Of a stretch of 32,902 nt of DNA, positions 8,903 to 17,208 are shown in pieces. The DNA comes from Phycisphaerae bacterium. Its GTDB lineage: Bacteria; Planctomycetota; Phycisphaerae; SM23-33. Position 1 is the stretch's first letter; each line of letters begins with the position of its first letter. Both the position numbers and the translations under genes were made by a program. The notes under the pieces are model-generated. The model was not told the DNA's origin, searched no databases, and saw only the letters and a program-made list of their open reading frames with translations. The stretch covers positions 1 through 32,902 of the forward strand of contig JALHTV010000012.1 of NCBI GenBank assembly GCA_022866005.1. The letters run 5' to 3'.

Positions 8903-10905
8903 GCACCATCCGCTACGACAAGGAACTGGAAGAGTTCCGAAACCTGATGAAGGTGCCCTCGACGTTCGAGGAGGGCTTCAGCTTCGCGGCGCTCATTGGG
9001 GCGCTGTTCGTGGCGCTGATGATGGTCCCCGGGGCGATGTACATGACGCTGCTCGCCGGCCAGGGGGTCGGGCCCGCGGCCCAGTGGGTCACCGTCATCC
9101 TGTTCATCGAAGTCGCCCGCCGGGCGCACAAGCACCTCAAGAGGGCGGAACTGTTCATCCTGTTCTACATGGCGGGGGCAGCCATGGTGCAACCGTTCCA
9201 GGGGCTGATCTGGCACCAGTTCCTCGTCCAAAGCCAAGCCGCGATCGGCATGGGCGTGGCCCAGAACATCCCCCACTGGTACGCCCCTCGCGATCCGGAG
9301 GTGCTGGCCACACGGAACTTCTTCGACCCGGCTTGGTACCCCGCCGTCGGGATGGTCATCTTCAGCACCTTCATGGGCCGGATCAACGGCACCATCCTGA
9401 CGTACGGGCTGTTCCGGATCGCCAGCGACATCGAGAAGCTGCCCTTTCCCATGGCCCCGATCGGCGCCTCGGGCATCATGGCCCTGGCGGAGCAGCAGGA
9501 GGAAGAAGGCACGTGCGCCACCGAGAAGCCCGAGAACTGGCGGTGGAGGATCTTCAGCATCGGCGGCATCATGGGGTTGAGCTTTGGGGCGATCTACCTG
9601 GCGCTGCCGGCGCTGTCCTCGGCCATCCTCAATCAGCCGATCACCATCCTGCCCATTCCGTTCGTGGAACTGACAGGCAAGACCGCCGACATCCTCCCGG
9701 CCGTCGCCACCGGCATCAACCTGAACATGGGGCTGCTGATCACCGGAATGGCCATGCCCTTCTTTGCGATCCTGGGCTCGTTCATCGGGCTGGTGCTGAC
9801 GGTCATCATCAACCCGATGCTGTATAAGCATCAAATCCTCACCAGTTGGTCGCCCAGCGACGACAACACACCTAAGACGTTGTTCTTGAACCAGTTGGAC
9901 TTCTACTTCAGCTTCACTATCGGGCTGTCTCTGGCCATCGCGGCGGCGGGCATCTGGCAGGTGGTGCGCAGCATTCAGGCCAAGGCCAAGCTCCGCAAGC
10001 AGCAGCGGGAGCTTCGCGTCGAGATGGAGGCCGAGGCCATCACACCCAAGGGGCGCGGCGACCTCCCGGCGACGGCGGTCATCGGCACGTACCTCCTCAC
10101 CTCGGTGTCCTACATCCTGGTCAGCGGCTACCTCATCGACTGGCACCCGGGCGTCATGAAGGTGCTGCTGTTCTTCGCCTTCATCTACACCCCGGTGATC
10201 AGCTACGTCACCGCGCGCCTCGAGGGCCTGGCCGGGCAGGTGGTGGCCATCCCGATGGTCCGCGAGGCCGCGTTCATCCTGTCGGGGTACACCGGCGGGG
10301 TGGCCATCTGGTTCCTGCCGACCCCCATTCACGATTACGGCAAAGGCACCGTCCTCTACCGCCAGGCCGAGCTGACCGGCACGCGGTTCTGGTCGCTCTG
10401 GAAGGCCGAGCTGATCCTGGTGCCCATCGTGATGCTGGCCTCGATCTTCTTTGCCCAGTTCATCTGGTCGCTGGGACCCATCCCCGGGCCGGAGTTCCCC
10501 TACACCGAAGTCATGTGGGAGCAGGAGGCCGCCAACAAGTGCATCATGTACAGCGCCACGCTGGGGCGCTTCAGCACGTTCGAGCAGGCCTTCGATTGGA
10601 GATACCTGCTGATGGGCGGCGGGTTCGGCGTGGCGATGTTCACGATCATGATGCCGCTGCACCTGCCGATCCTGATGATCTACGGCATCGTCCGCGGCCT
10701 GGGGCAAACCCTGCCGCACCAGATCTTGCCTGAGATCGTCGGGGCGGTGCTGGGGCGCTACTACTTCCAGAGGAAGCTGGGCAAGAAATGGCGCCCGTAC
10801 ATCCTGGTGGTGGCGGCGGGATTCCACTGCGGCATGGGCTTGATCACCGTGCTCAGCGTGGGCCTGAACTTCCTGGCGAAGTCCGTCATCAGGATTCCGT
10901 TCTGA
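8899..10905 (+). CDS. 668-aa polytopic integral membrane protein, family unknown (weak OPT oligopeptide-transporter-like flavour, low confidence)
   Basis: The GTG start overlaps the upstream TGA (GTGA at 8899-8902). There are many hydrophobic ~20-aa segments throughout. The N-terminal pattern FSFAALIGALFVALMMVPGAMYMTLLAGQGVGPAAQWVTVILFIEVARR resembles the first helices of OPT-family proteins as I remember them. Confidence 0.7.
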   Translation: MSTIRYDKELEEFRNLMKVPSTFEEGFSFAALIGALFVALMMVPGAMYMTLLAGQGVGPAAQWVTVILFIEVARRAHKHLKRAELFILFYMAGAAMVQPFQGLIWHQFLVQSQAAIGMGVAQNIPHWYAPRDPEVLATRNFFDPAWYPAVGMVIFSTFMGRINGTILTYGLFRIASDIEKLPFPMAPIGASGIMALAEQQEEEGTCATEKPENWRWRIFSIGGIMGLSFGAIYLALPALSSAILNQPITILPIPFVELTGKTADILPAVATGINLNMGLLITGMAMPFFAILGSFIGLVLTVIINPMLYKHQILTSWSPSDDNTPKTLFLNQLDFYFSFTIGLSLAIAAAGIWQVVRSIQAKAKLRKQQRELRVEMEAEAITPKGRGDLPATAVIGTYLLTSVSYILVSGYLIDWHPGVMKVLLFFAFIYTPVISYVTARLEGLAGQVVAIPMVREAAFILSGYTGGVAIWFLPTPIHDYGKGTVLYRQAELTGTRFWSLWKAELILVPIVMLASIFFAQFIWSLGPIPGPEFPYTEVMWEQEAANKCIMYSATLGRFSTFEQAFDWRYLLMGGGFGVAMFTIMMPLHLPILMIYGIVRGLGQTLPHQILPEIVGAVLGRYYFQRKLGKKWRPYILVVAAGFHCGMGLITVLSVGLNFLAKSVIRIPF

Positions 10906-10925
10906 TCCAAGAGAGAGCCGCGCGC

Positions 10926-11654
10926 ATGGCCACTCAAGATACGATCATCCGCTGCCGGGGGCTGACCAAGACCTACCGCATGGGCGGCCAGGAGGTCTAC
11001 GCCCTGCGCCACATGGACCTGGACGTCTTCCGCGGGGAGTACCTCTCGGTGATGGGTCCCAGCGGCAGCGGCAAGAGCACGCTGTTCAACATGATCGGGG
11101 CGCTGGACAAGCCCACCGGCGGCACGGTGACCATCGCCGGGGTGGACCTGACCGCCCAGACCAGCCTGCAACTGGCCTACTTCCGCAACCAGCACATCGG
11201 GTACATCTTCCAGGCCTTCAACCTCATCCCCTCGCAGACGGCCCTGCGGAACGTCATGCTGCCGCTGCTGTTCTCGGGCATGGACAACACCGCCGCCGAA
11301 AGGCGCGCCACGGCAGTCCTGGAGGAAGTCGGCCTGGGCCAACGCCTGCACCACCGGCCGGACGAGCTCTCCGGCGGCCAGCAGCAGCGCGTCGCCATCG
11401 CCCGCGCGCTGGCGATGGAGCCGACGATCATGCTGGCGGACGAACCCACGGGCAACCTCGACTTGCACACCGGGGAGGAGATCATCAACATCCTCCGCGG
11501 CCTGTGCGACCACCACGGCGTGACCGTCATCACGGCCACCCACGACCACAAGATGCTGGACAAGTCCGACCGCATCCTCTGGATCCGCGACGGGGCCAAG
11601 GAACGCCTCGAGAAGCGCAGCAACCTGGACATCCGCGTGGGAAAGGTCGAATAG
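10926..11654 (+). CDS. ABC transporter ATP-binding protein (second MacB/LolD-like NBD, paralog of 3049..3843)
   Basis: Walker A GPSGSGKST, signature LSGGQQQR, Walker B IMLADEPT and H-loop ATHD are present. ATG 10926 lies 20 nt after the upstream stop. Confidence 0.9.
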   Translation: MATQDTIIRCRGLTKTYRMGGQEVYALRHMDLDVFRGEYLSVMGPSGSGKSTLFNMIGALDKPTGGTVTIAGVDLTAQTSLQLAYFRNQHIGYIFQAFNLIPSQTALRNVMLPLLFSGMDNTAAERRATAVLEEVGLGQRLHHRPDELSGGQQQRVAIARALAMEPTIMLADEPTGNLDLHTGEEIINILRGLCDHHGVTVITATHDHKMLDKSDRILWIRDGAKERLEKRSNLDIRVGKVE

Positions 11655-11706
11655 CACCGGAGGGACCACGCCCCGTCATGGCCGACGGCGGGGGTGTCGA
11701 ACAAAC

Positions 11707-11726
11707 GGACGCGACGAAGCGCGTCC
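11707..11726. terminator. GC hairpin between convergent genes (GGACGCG-acgaag-CGCGTCC)
   Basis: A 7-bp perfect stem read directly from the sequence. No strong T-tract on either side. Confidence 0.3.
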
Positions 11727-11755
11727 CTCGTGACCCGCACACCACAGGTACCCCC

Positions 11756-12618
11756 CTACTCTTCCTCGATGTCTTTGCGGCTCATCAGGAAGGTCACGCG
11801 CTCCAGGATGTCTTTGTGGAGGGTCTTGCGGAGGATTCTCCGGGCGGCGGCCATGTTGGTCCGGCGGGTCAGGTGCACCAGGATGATCTTGGCGTTGCTC
11901 ATGCCCTCCAGCATCTCCGGCAGGTCGGAGGCATGCACGTGCTTGCCCACGCGGGCGCGGTGCAGATGCTCCTCGTCGAAGAACGTGCACTCGATCAGCA
12001 GCGCCTGGGCGTTGGCCACGTGAGGCAGGTGGGAGTAGCTGGCCTTGCCGGTATCCCCCAGGTAGGCCACCAGCGGCACCTCGATGCGGTTGGTGATCTC
12101 CACACCGGACTTCTTCAGCTCCACGATCTGCGGGCCCGACAGCTCCAGGTACTCGCTCTTGAGCTTCGCCCGGACGTCGATGATGGAGTAGCCCAGCGAG
12201 CCGGTGATGTGCCGCGTGGCAAAGGCCCGGACGATCAGACCGCGGCGGACCTCGTAGTTGTCCCCGTCGGCCACGCCCACCAGCTTGTACGGCGGCACGT
12301 GCCCTTCCACCCGCCCCCAGGCGCTCATCAGGGCCTCAATCGGCCCGACCAGACCCGCCGGCACCACGGCCACCCCGTGGCGATGCCCTGGAAGTCCCGC
12401 TGGGCAAAGTAGTACGGCAGTCCGGCGACGTGGTCCATGTGGCCGTGGGTCAGCAGCAGGTGGTTGACGACCAACGCCTCGCGCGGGCAGCGGCCGATGT
12501 CAAAAACGCAGTCCAGCTCCGGCGCGACAATGACCGCCTCCTCCCCGGCCACGCTGTAGCCAGCCAGGGTGAACTCGCCCACGCGAACCTCGCTAAGCTC
12601 GTAGGGACGAATCTTCAT
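11756..12618 (-). pseudogene. MBL-fold metallo-hydrolase (RNase Z / RNase BN-like) interrupted by a -1 nt frameshift
   Basis: ORF 12328..12618 carries the HxHxDH motif (LTHGHMDHVAG). ORF 11756..12373 carries the rest of the fold (...ATRH..., GDTG, ...VHLTRR). The two frames meet at a C4 run at 12373-12376. Confidence 0.7.
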
Positions 12619-12700
12619 GCCTCACCTTTCCGAACCGCATCGTAGGGCAGCAACTGAATGCGGTCAAGCGAAGCGTCCCCCACCCGGGGGGCAGATCGCC

Positions 12701-12729
12701 TTGGAAAACCCCCGCATGTCCCGTAGAAT
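12701..12729 (+). promoter_or_regulatory. sigma70-like promoter candidate TTGGAA-17nt-TAGAAT upstream of 12790 CDS
   Basis: TTGGAA at 12701-12706 and TAGAAT at 12724-12729, with a 17-nt spacer. GAGGAG RBS lies at ~12776-12784. Confidence 0.4.
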
Positions 12730-12789
12730 CCCGTGGCTGTCCGAGGCAAGGGCCGCCTGAACGGCGGGGGTGAGCGAGGAGAGGCACAG

Positions 12790-14109
12790 ATGGCCGACAA
12801 GGTCCAGACATACGAGTTGAAGGACGTCGCCGAACCGGTGCTGTACCGGGAGATGTTCCCCTACAGCCGGCTGCCCCGGGTGATCTTCGAGTCGGCCACG
12901 GTGCCGATGGCCCCCGCGGAGGAGATCTGGATCACCGACACCACCTTCCGCGACGGCCAGCAGGCCCGCCCGCCGTATACCGCCCAGCAGATCGTGGACC
13001 TGTTCACGCTGATGCACCGTCTGGACGGCGGCAGCGGCCTGATCCGCCAGAGCGAGTTCTTCCTGTACTCCAAGAAGGACCGCCAGGCGGTGGACCGCTG
13101 CCGCGAGCTGAACTTTGCGTATCCTCAAGTGACCGGCTGGATCATGGCCCGCAAGGAGGATTTCAAGACCGTGCGGGACATGCGCCTGGGCGAGACGGGC
13201 ATCCTGGTCAGTTGCAGCGATTACCACATCTTCCTGAAGCTGAAGAAGACGCGCCGGCAGGCGATGGACATGTACCTGGACATCATCCGGGCGGCCCTGG
13301 ACAACGGCATCATTCCGCGCTGCCACTTCGAGGACCTCACCCGCGCGGACTTCTACGGCTTTGTGGTGCCGTTCGCCATCGAGCTGATGAAGCTCCGCGA
13401 GCAGTACGGCATGGACGTCAAGATCCGCCTGTGCGACACGCTGTCGTTCGGCGTGCCCTGGCCGCAGGCCACCCTGCCGCGGTCGGTGCCCAAGCTCGTG
13501 GCCGGGTTCATCCACGACGCCGGCGTGCCGGGGAGGTTGCTGGAGTGGCACGGGCACAACGACTTCCACAAGGTGCTGGTCAACCCCGCCACCGCGTGGC
13601 TCTACGGCTGTTCGGCCTGCAACGCCACCCTGCTGGGCTTTGGCGAGCGGACGGGCAACACGCCGATCGAGGGGGCGGTCATCGAGGCCGCCCAGCTCCG
13701 CGGGCAGGACGACAGAGTCAACTACACCGTCATCACCGAGATCGGGGAGTATTACCGCGACAAGATCGGCTACGAGGTGCCGCACAACTATCCGCTGGTC
13801 GGCAGGGACTTCAATACCACGCGGGCCGGCATCCACGTCGACGGACTGCTCAAGAGCGAAGAGATCTATAGCTGCTTCGACACCCAGAAGCTGCTGAACC
13901 GACCCGTCGCCATCGCCATCACCGACAAGAGCGGCGCCGCCGGCATCAAGCACTGGGTCCAGACCCACTACAACCTGGACGTGGCCAAGGACGACCCGCG
14001 CCTGCTCGCCATCCGGGCGAAGGTCGAAGCGGAATACGAGGTCGGCCGCACCACCGCCATCAGCGACGAGGAAATGCACGCCTGGTACCAAGAGGCCTTC
14101 GGGGCCTAG
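12790..14109 (+). CDS. DRE-TIM (HMGL-like) 2-oxoacid:acetyl-CoA condensing enzyme of the isopropylmalate/homocitrate/Re-citrate synthase family
   Basis: WITDTTFRDGQQA near the N-terminus and the metal-binding EWHGHNDFH motif, with GFGERTGNTPIE. About 440 aa with no LeuA-type C-terminal regulatory domain. That is the size and shape I associate with Re-citrate synthase-type members. Confidence 0.8.
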   Translation: MADKVQTYELKDVAEPVLYREMFPYSRLPRVIFESATVPMAPAEEIWITDTTFRDGQQARPPYTAQQIVDLFTLMHRLDGGSGLIRQSEFFLYSKKDRQAVDRCRELNFAYPQVTGWIMARKEDFKTVRDMRLGETGILVSCSDYHIFLKLKKTRRQAMDMYLDIIRAALDNGIIPRCHFEDLTRADFYGFVVPFAIELMKLREQYGMDVKIRLCDTLSFGVPWPQATLPRSVPKLVAGFIHDAGVPGRLLEWHGHNDFHKVLVNPATAWLYGCSACNATLLGFGERTGNTPIEGAVIEAAQLRGQDDRVNYTVITEIGEYYRDKIGYEVPHNYPLVGRDFNTTRAGIHVDGLLKSEEIYSCFDTQKLLNRPVAIAITDKSGAAGIKHWVQTHYNLDVAKDDPRLLAIRAKVEAEYEVGRTTAISDEEMHAWYQEAFGA

Positions 14110-14184
14110 CCGCTCCTGCCCGGGACAGTTGAGGACGCCCTCGCCACGTTGCATCCTTCCTGCATCCGTACCCGTGGCGCCGGA

Positions 14185-15594
14185 TTAGTCCACCGGCTCG
14201 GCCAGGCTGTTGATGTACTCCTCGATGTTGGTGTAGCCGTCGCGGTCGCGGTCGGTGGCGGCGTCGGAGGCGTCGGCGGGGTTCAGCCCGCGAGCGGTCT
14301 CCCAGGCGTCCGGCATGCCATCCTGGTCCCCGTCCGCCGGGGCCGGCCCGCCTTTGAGCTCCGGCCAGCCGCCCACGTCGTCCTGACTGTCGATGATGCC
14401 CTTGCCGCCGCCTTCCCAGGTCGCCCCGTACTTGGCCGTGCCGGTGCGCACCTCCTCGATGATCCGCGTATCCAGGCTGTCGCGACGCGGACGGCTGGCA
14501 CCGACATGCTTCAGCACCCGCTCATAGGCCTCTTGGGGCGTCTGGGTGGTCACCGGGTCGGCCTCGAAGGGCGTCTGGTGTCGCTGGTTAGGCGGGATCG
14601 GCCCGCGCCATCGGACGCCTTGCCAGTTGTCGGCGGTGACCTCCGGGAAGCCGACCACGAAGTTGTCGGCGATGTAGTACTGGCCGGTCGCCTCCAACTC
14701 CATGATGCGCTTGCGGGCGCTCTCCCGCGTGCCCGGGCCGGACTTGTAGTAGTTCGCGATCATGTTGATCCGGCCCTCCTCACCCCCGTAGGCGCTCTTG
14801 TAGCCCCAGTTGTAGATCACATTGTTGCGGAAGTCGGTCAGGCCCGCGGCCTTGCCAAAGCGGGGATTGCGGCTGGAGTGATGCGCCAGCAGGTTGTGGT
14901 GGAAGGAGGCCCGATCCCCACCCCAGATGCCGCCGTAGCCGTGCTCCCCCTTATAGTGTTTCGACAGGTACAGACTTTCCGCCACCAGGCACCACTGCAC
15001 CGTGGTGTTCTTGTTGCGGTAGAACGACACGCACTCGTCGATGCTCCAACTGGCTGAGCAGTGATCGATGATGATGTTCCGCCCCGTGCGCCCGCCCATG
15101 GCGTCCCCGGCCCCGGGCGCCAGGTCGCCCAGCCGCACGCGGAGATAGCGAATGACGACGTCGTGATTGCCGTTGCCGACGGACAACTGTCCCTGGAGGC
15201 AGATGCCGTCACCCGGGGCGGTCTGGCCGGCGATGGTGACGTAAGGATTGCCCACCCACAGGCGGCGCTTCAGCTGGATGTTGCCCCCCACGGCGAAGAC
15301 CACGATCACCGGCTCCTTCGTGTCCAGGGCGCCGCGGAGGCTGCCGGGGATAGGCTCTTCGTCCCTGTCGTAGTCTTCCAAGGTGGTCACCACGGTGACC
15401 TTCCCGCCGCGTCCGCCGGGCGTGTAGGCCCCGAAGCCTTCGGCCCCGGGAAACGCAGGGATGGCCGCCGGTTGCGTCGTGGCTGCCGGTGCCGTCTCGC
15501 GAGTGTCGGGGGCTTTCTCGACGGCGGGGCTGCCCACGCAGGTGATTGACAGCACCGCCAAACCCATTGCAGCCAGGCGCAGCCAACCGGACAT
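14185..15594 (-). CDS. secreted pectate lyase (PL1-like) with C-terminal TSP3/calcium-binding-like Asp-rich tail
   Basis: N-terminal signal peptide. Motifs: AFPGAEGFGAYTPGGRGGKV, IIIDHCSASW, HHNLLAHHSSRNPRFG, RNNVIYNW. The tail reads DGDQDGMPDAWE...DRDRDGYTNIEEY. Confidence 0.8.
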   Translation of the reverse strand: MSGWLRLAAMGLAVLSITCVGSPAVEKAPDTRETAPAATTQPAAIPAFPGAEGFGAYTPGGRGGKVTVVTTLEDYDRDEEPIPGSLRGALDTKEPVIVVFAVGGNIQLKRRLWVGNPYVTIAGQTAPGDGICLQGQLSVGNGNHDVVIRYLRVRLGDLAPGAGDAMGGRTGRNIIIDHCSASWSIDECVSFYRNKNTTVQWCLVAESLYLSKHYKGEHGYGGIWGGDRASFHHNLLAHHSSRNPRFGKAAGLTDFRNNVIYNWGYKSAYGGEEGRINMIANYYKSGPGTRESARKRIMELEATGQYYIADNFVVGFPEVTADNWQGVRWRGPIPPNQRHQTPFEADPVTTQTPQEAYERVLKHVGASRPRRDSLDTRIIEEVRTGTAKYGATWEGGGKGIIDSQDDVGGWPELKGGPAPADGDQDGMPDAWETARGLNPADASDAATDRDRDGYTNIEEYINSLAEPVD

Positions 15595-15741
15595 GGCTCA
15601 CTCCTTTCGTCTCCTGGCGGACCGAGGGGCGACGGGGTGCCGTCCATCGGGGCCGGGTCGCGGCGGCCTCAAGGCCGCCCAAGCGCGCGAACCCCCATTA
15701 GACCATACGGACCGCCGGCTGAAAAGTTATACTGACACATT

Positions 15742-16185
15742 ATGGCCGGTGACGGTGAAAGGGTGCCTTGGTACGCCGCGGGGCTCGACTTCGCCTGCGT
15801 CCGCTGCGGCGGATGCTGCGCAGGGCCGGAGGAAGGCTACGTGTGGGCGACGGCGCAGGAGATCGCCGCAATCGCCGACCGCCTGGGCATCCCTCCGGAG
15901 CAGGTGCACCAGAGATACGTCCGGGCCGTCGGCGGGCGCTTCAGTCTGCGCGAGTGCTCCGACAGCCGCGATTGCGTGTTCCTGGCCGGTGACGGCGACC
16001 GCGGGCGGGGCTGCGCGATCTATCCCGTGCGTCCGATGCAGTGCCGCACCTGGCCGTTCTGGCCGACCAACCTGCGCAGCGCCGACGCGTGGTCGCAGGC
16101 CGCCGCGCGCTGCCCGGGGATCGACCACGGGGAGCACTTCGACTGCGATGAGATCCAAACCCGATGCAACGTCACCGGCCGCTGA
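15742..16185 (+). CDS. YkgJ-family (UPF0153, CxxCxxCC) cysteine-cluster protein
   Basis: CVRCGGCC near the N-terminus, then CAIYPVRPMQCRTWPFW. Confidence 0.75.
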   Translation: MAGDGERVPWYAAGLDFACVRCGGCCAGPEEGYVWATAQEIAAIADRLGIPPEQVHQRYVRAVGGRFSLRECSDSRDCVFLAGDGDRGRGCAIYPVRPMQCRTWPFWPTNLRSADAWSQAAARCPGIDHGEHFDCDEIQTRCNVTGR

Positions 16186-16654
16186 GCCTCGCGGCCCAGG
16201 GGCGGGGTCCCTGGTCGCCGCGGTTGCGCGCTGCCGGGCCGATGAGAAGTTCCTGGCGGCGATTCGCGCGCTCTATGCCCGTGTCGATGCCACCGCGCCG
16301 GCGCGGGGCTGGGTCTGCAAGGCCTGCGGAGCGTGCTGTGATTTCGCCGCGAGCGCACACCGGCTGTACGTCTCGACGGGCGAATTGGCGCTGCTGACCG
16401 CTGCCCGGCCGCCCCACCCGCCGGGGCCCACCCGGTGCCCCTATCAGGTCGACGCCCGCTGCACGGTGCACCCGGTGCGGGCCCTGGGCTGTCGGCTGTT
16501 TTTCTGCGACGCTCGCGCGCGGGAGGCCTTCCAGCAGAAATACGAGACCGCCCACCGCGAGATCCGCCGCCTCCACGACGCTGCGGGCCTGCCCTATCTC
16601 TACGCGGAGCTCACTGCGGCCTTGGCCCAACTTTTCCCGGCCCCTCCCTGCTGA
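16148..16654 (+). CDS. second YkgJ-like cysteine-cluster protein (start uncertain)
   Basis: CKACGACCDF then CPYQ...CTVHPVRALGCRLFFC. The first in-frame ATG is at 16148, which overlaps the upstream gene by 38 nt. Confidence 0.55.
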   Translation: MRSKPDATSPAAEPRGPGAGSLVAAVARCRADEKFLAAIRALYARVDATAPARGWVCKACGACCDFAASAHRLYVSTGELALLTAARPPHPPGPTRCPYQVDARCTVHPVRALGCRLFFCDARAREAFQQKYETAHREIRRLHDAAGLPYLYAELTAALAQLFPAPPC

Positions 16655-16660
16655 GCGCCC

Positions 16661-16680
16661 CGCGCCGCACACGCGGCGCG
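16661..16680. terminator. 8-bp GC hairpin (CGCGCCGC-acac-GCGGCGCG) between convergent genes
   Basis: A perfect inverted repeat read from the sequence, with no T-tract. Confidence 0.35.
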
Positions 16681-16690
16681 CCCCTGGTGG

Positions 16691-17182
16691 CTATAGGGTC
16701 AGCACGTGCAGCTCGTCGGTGGCTGTGTCCAGCACGGCGACGGTGTAGGGGCGGCAGTGGTACAGGGCTCCGGGGTTGATGACGCGCACGGGGCCCGCGC
16801 GCTGATCGCTGAACTTGTGCGCGTGGCCGCAGCAGACGTAGGCATGCCGGCCGGAGGAGACGAGCTGCCGCAGCAGCGCCGCATCGTTGCCATGGGCGGC
16901 GGCCAGGGTCCGCCCGTCGCCCAGGGGGACAATCACCACCCGCCGGTCAAAGCACACCCCGGAGGCCTTCGCGGCGTCGGCCAGGACTTCTGCGGAGCGG
17001 TCCATGTTACCCGCCACGGTGTAGCACGGCAGCCCGGGGGCAGCCAAGGCCGCCAGGCACTCGACCGAGCCGTGGTCCCCGCAGTGCACCAGCGCCTCCG
17101 CCCCGGCGGCCTGCAAGGCCTCCAGCGCCGACTTGAGGCGCTTCAGTTGTCCGTGGGAGTCGGACAGGATGCCGATCTTCAC
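16691..17182 (-). CDS. YfcE/MJ0936-family metallophosphoesterase
   Basis: Motifs MKIGILSDSHG, HCGDHGS, GNMD and GHAH. GTG start with an AGGAGG RBS 7 nt upstream. Confidence 0.85.
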   Translation of the reverse strand: MKIGILSDSHGQLKRLKSALEALQAAGAEALVHCGDHGSVECLAALAAPGLPCYTVAGNMDRSAEVLADAAKASGVCFDRRVVIVPLGDGRTLAAAHGNDAALLRQLVSSGRHAYVCCGHAHKFSDQRAGPVRVINPGALYHCRPYTVAVLDTATDELHVLTL

Positions 17183-17208
17183 CCGCGCCTCCTATCGAAC
17201 GAACGCCG

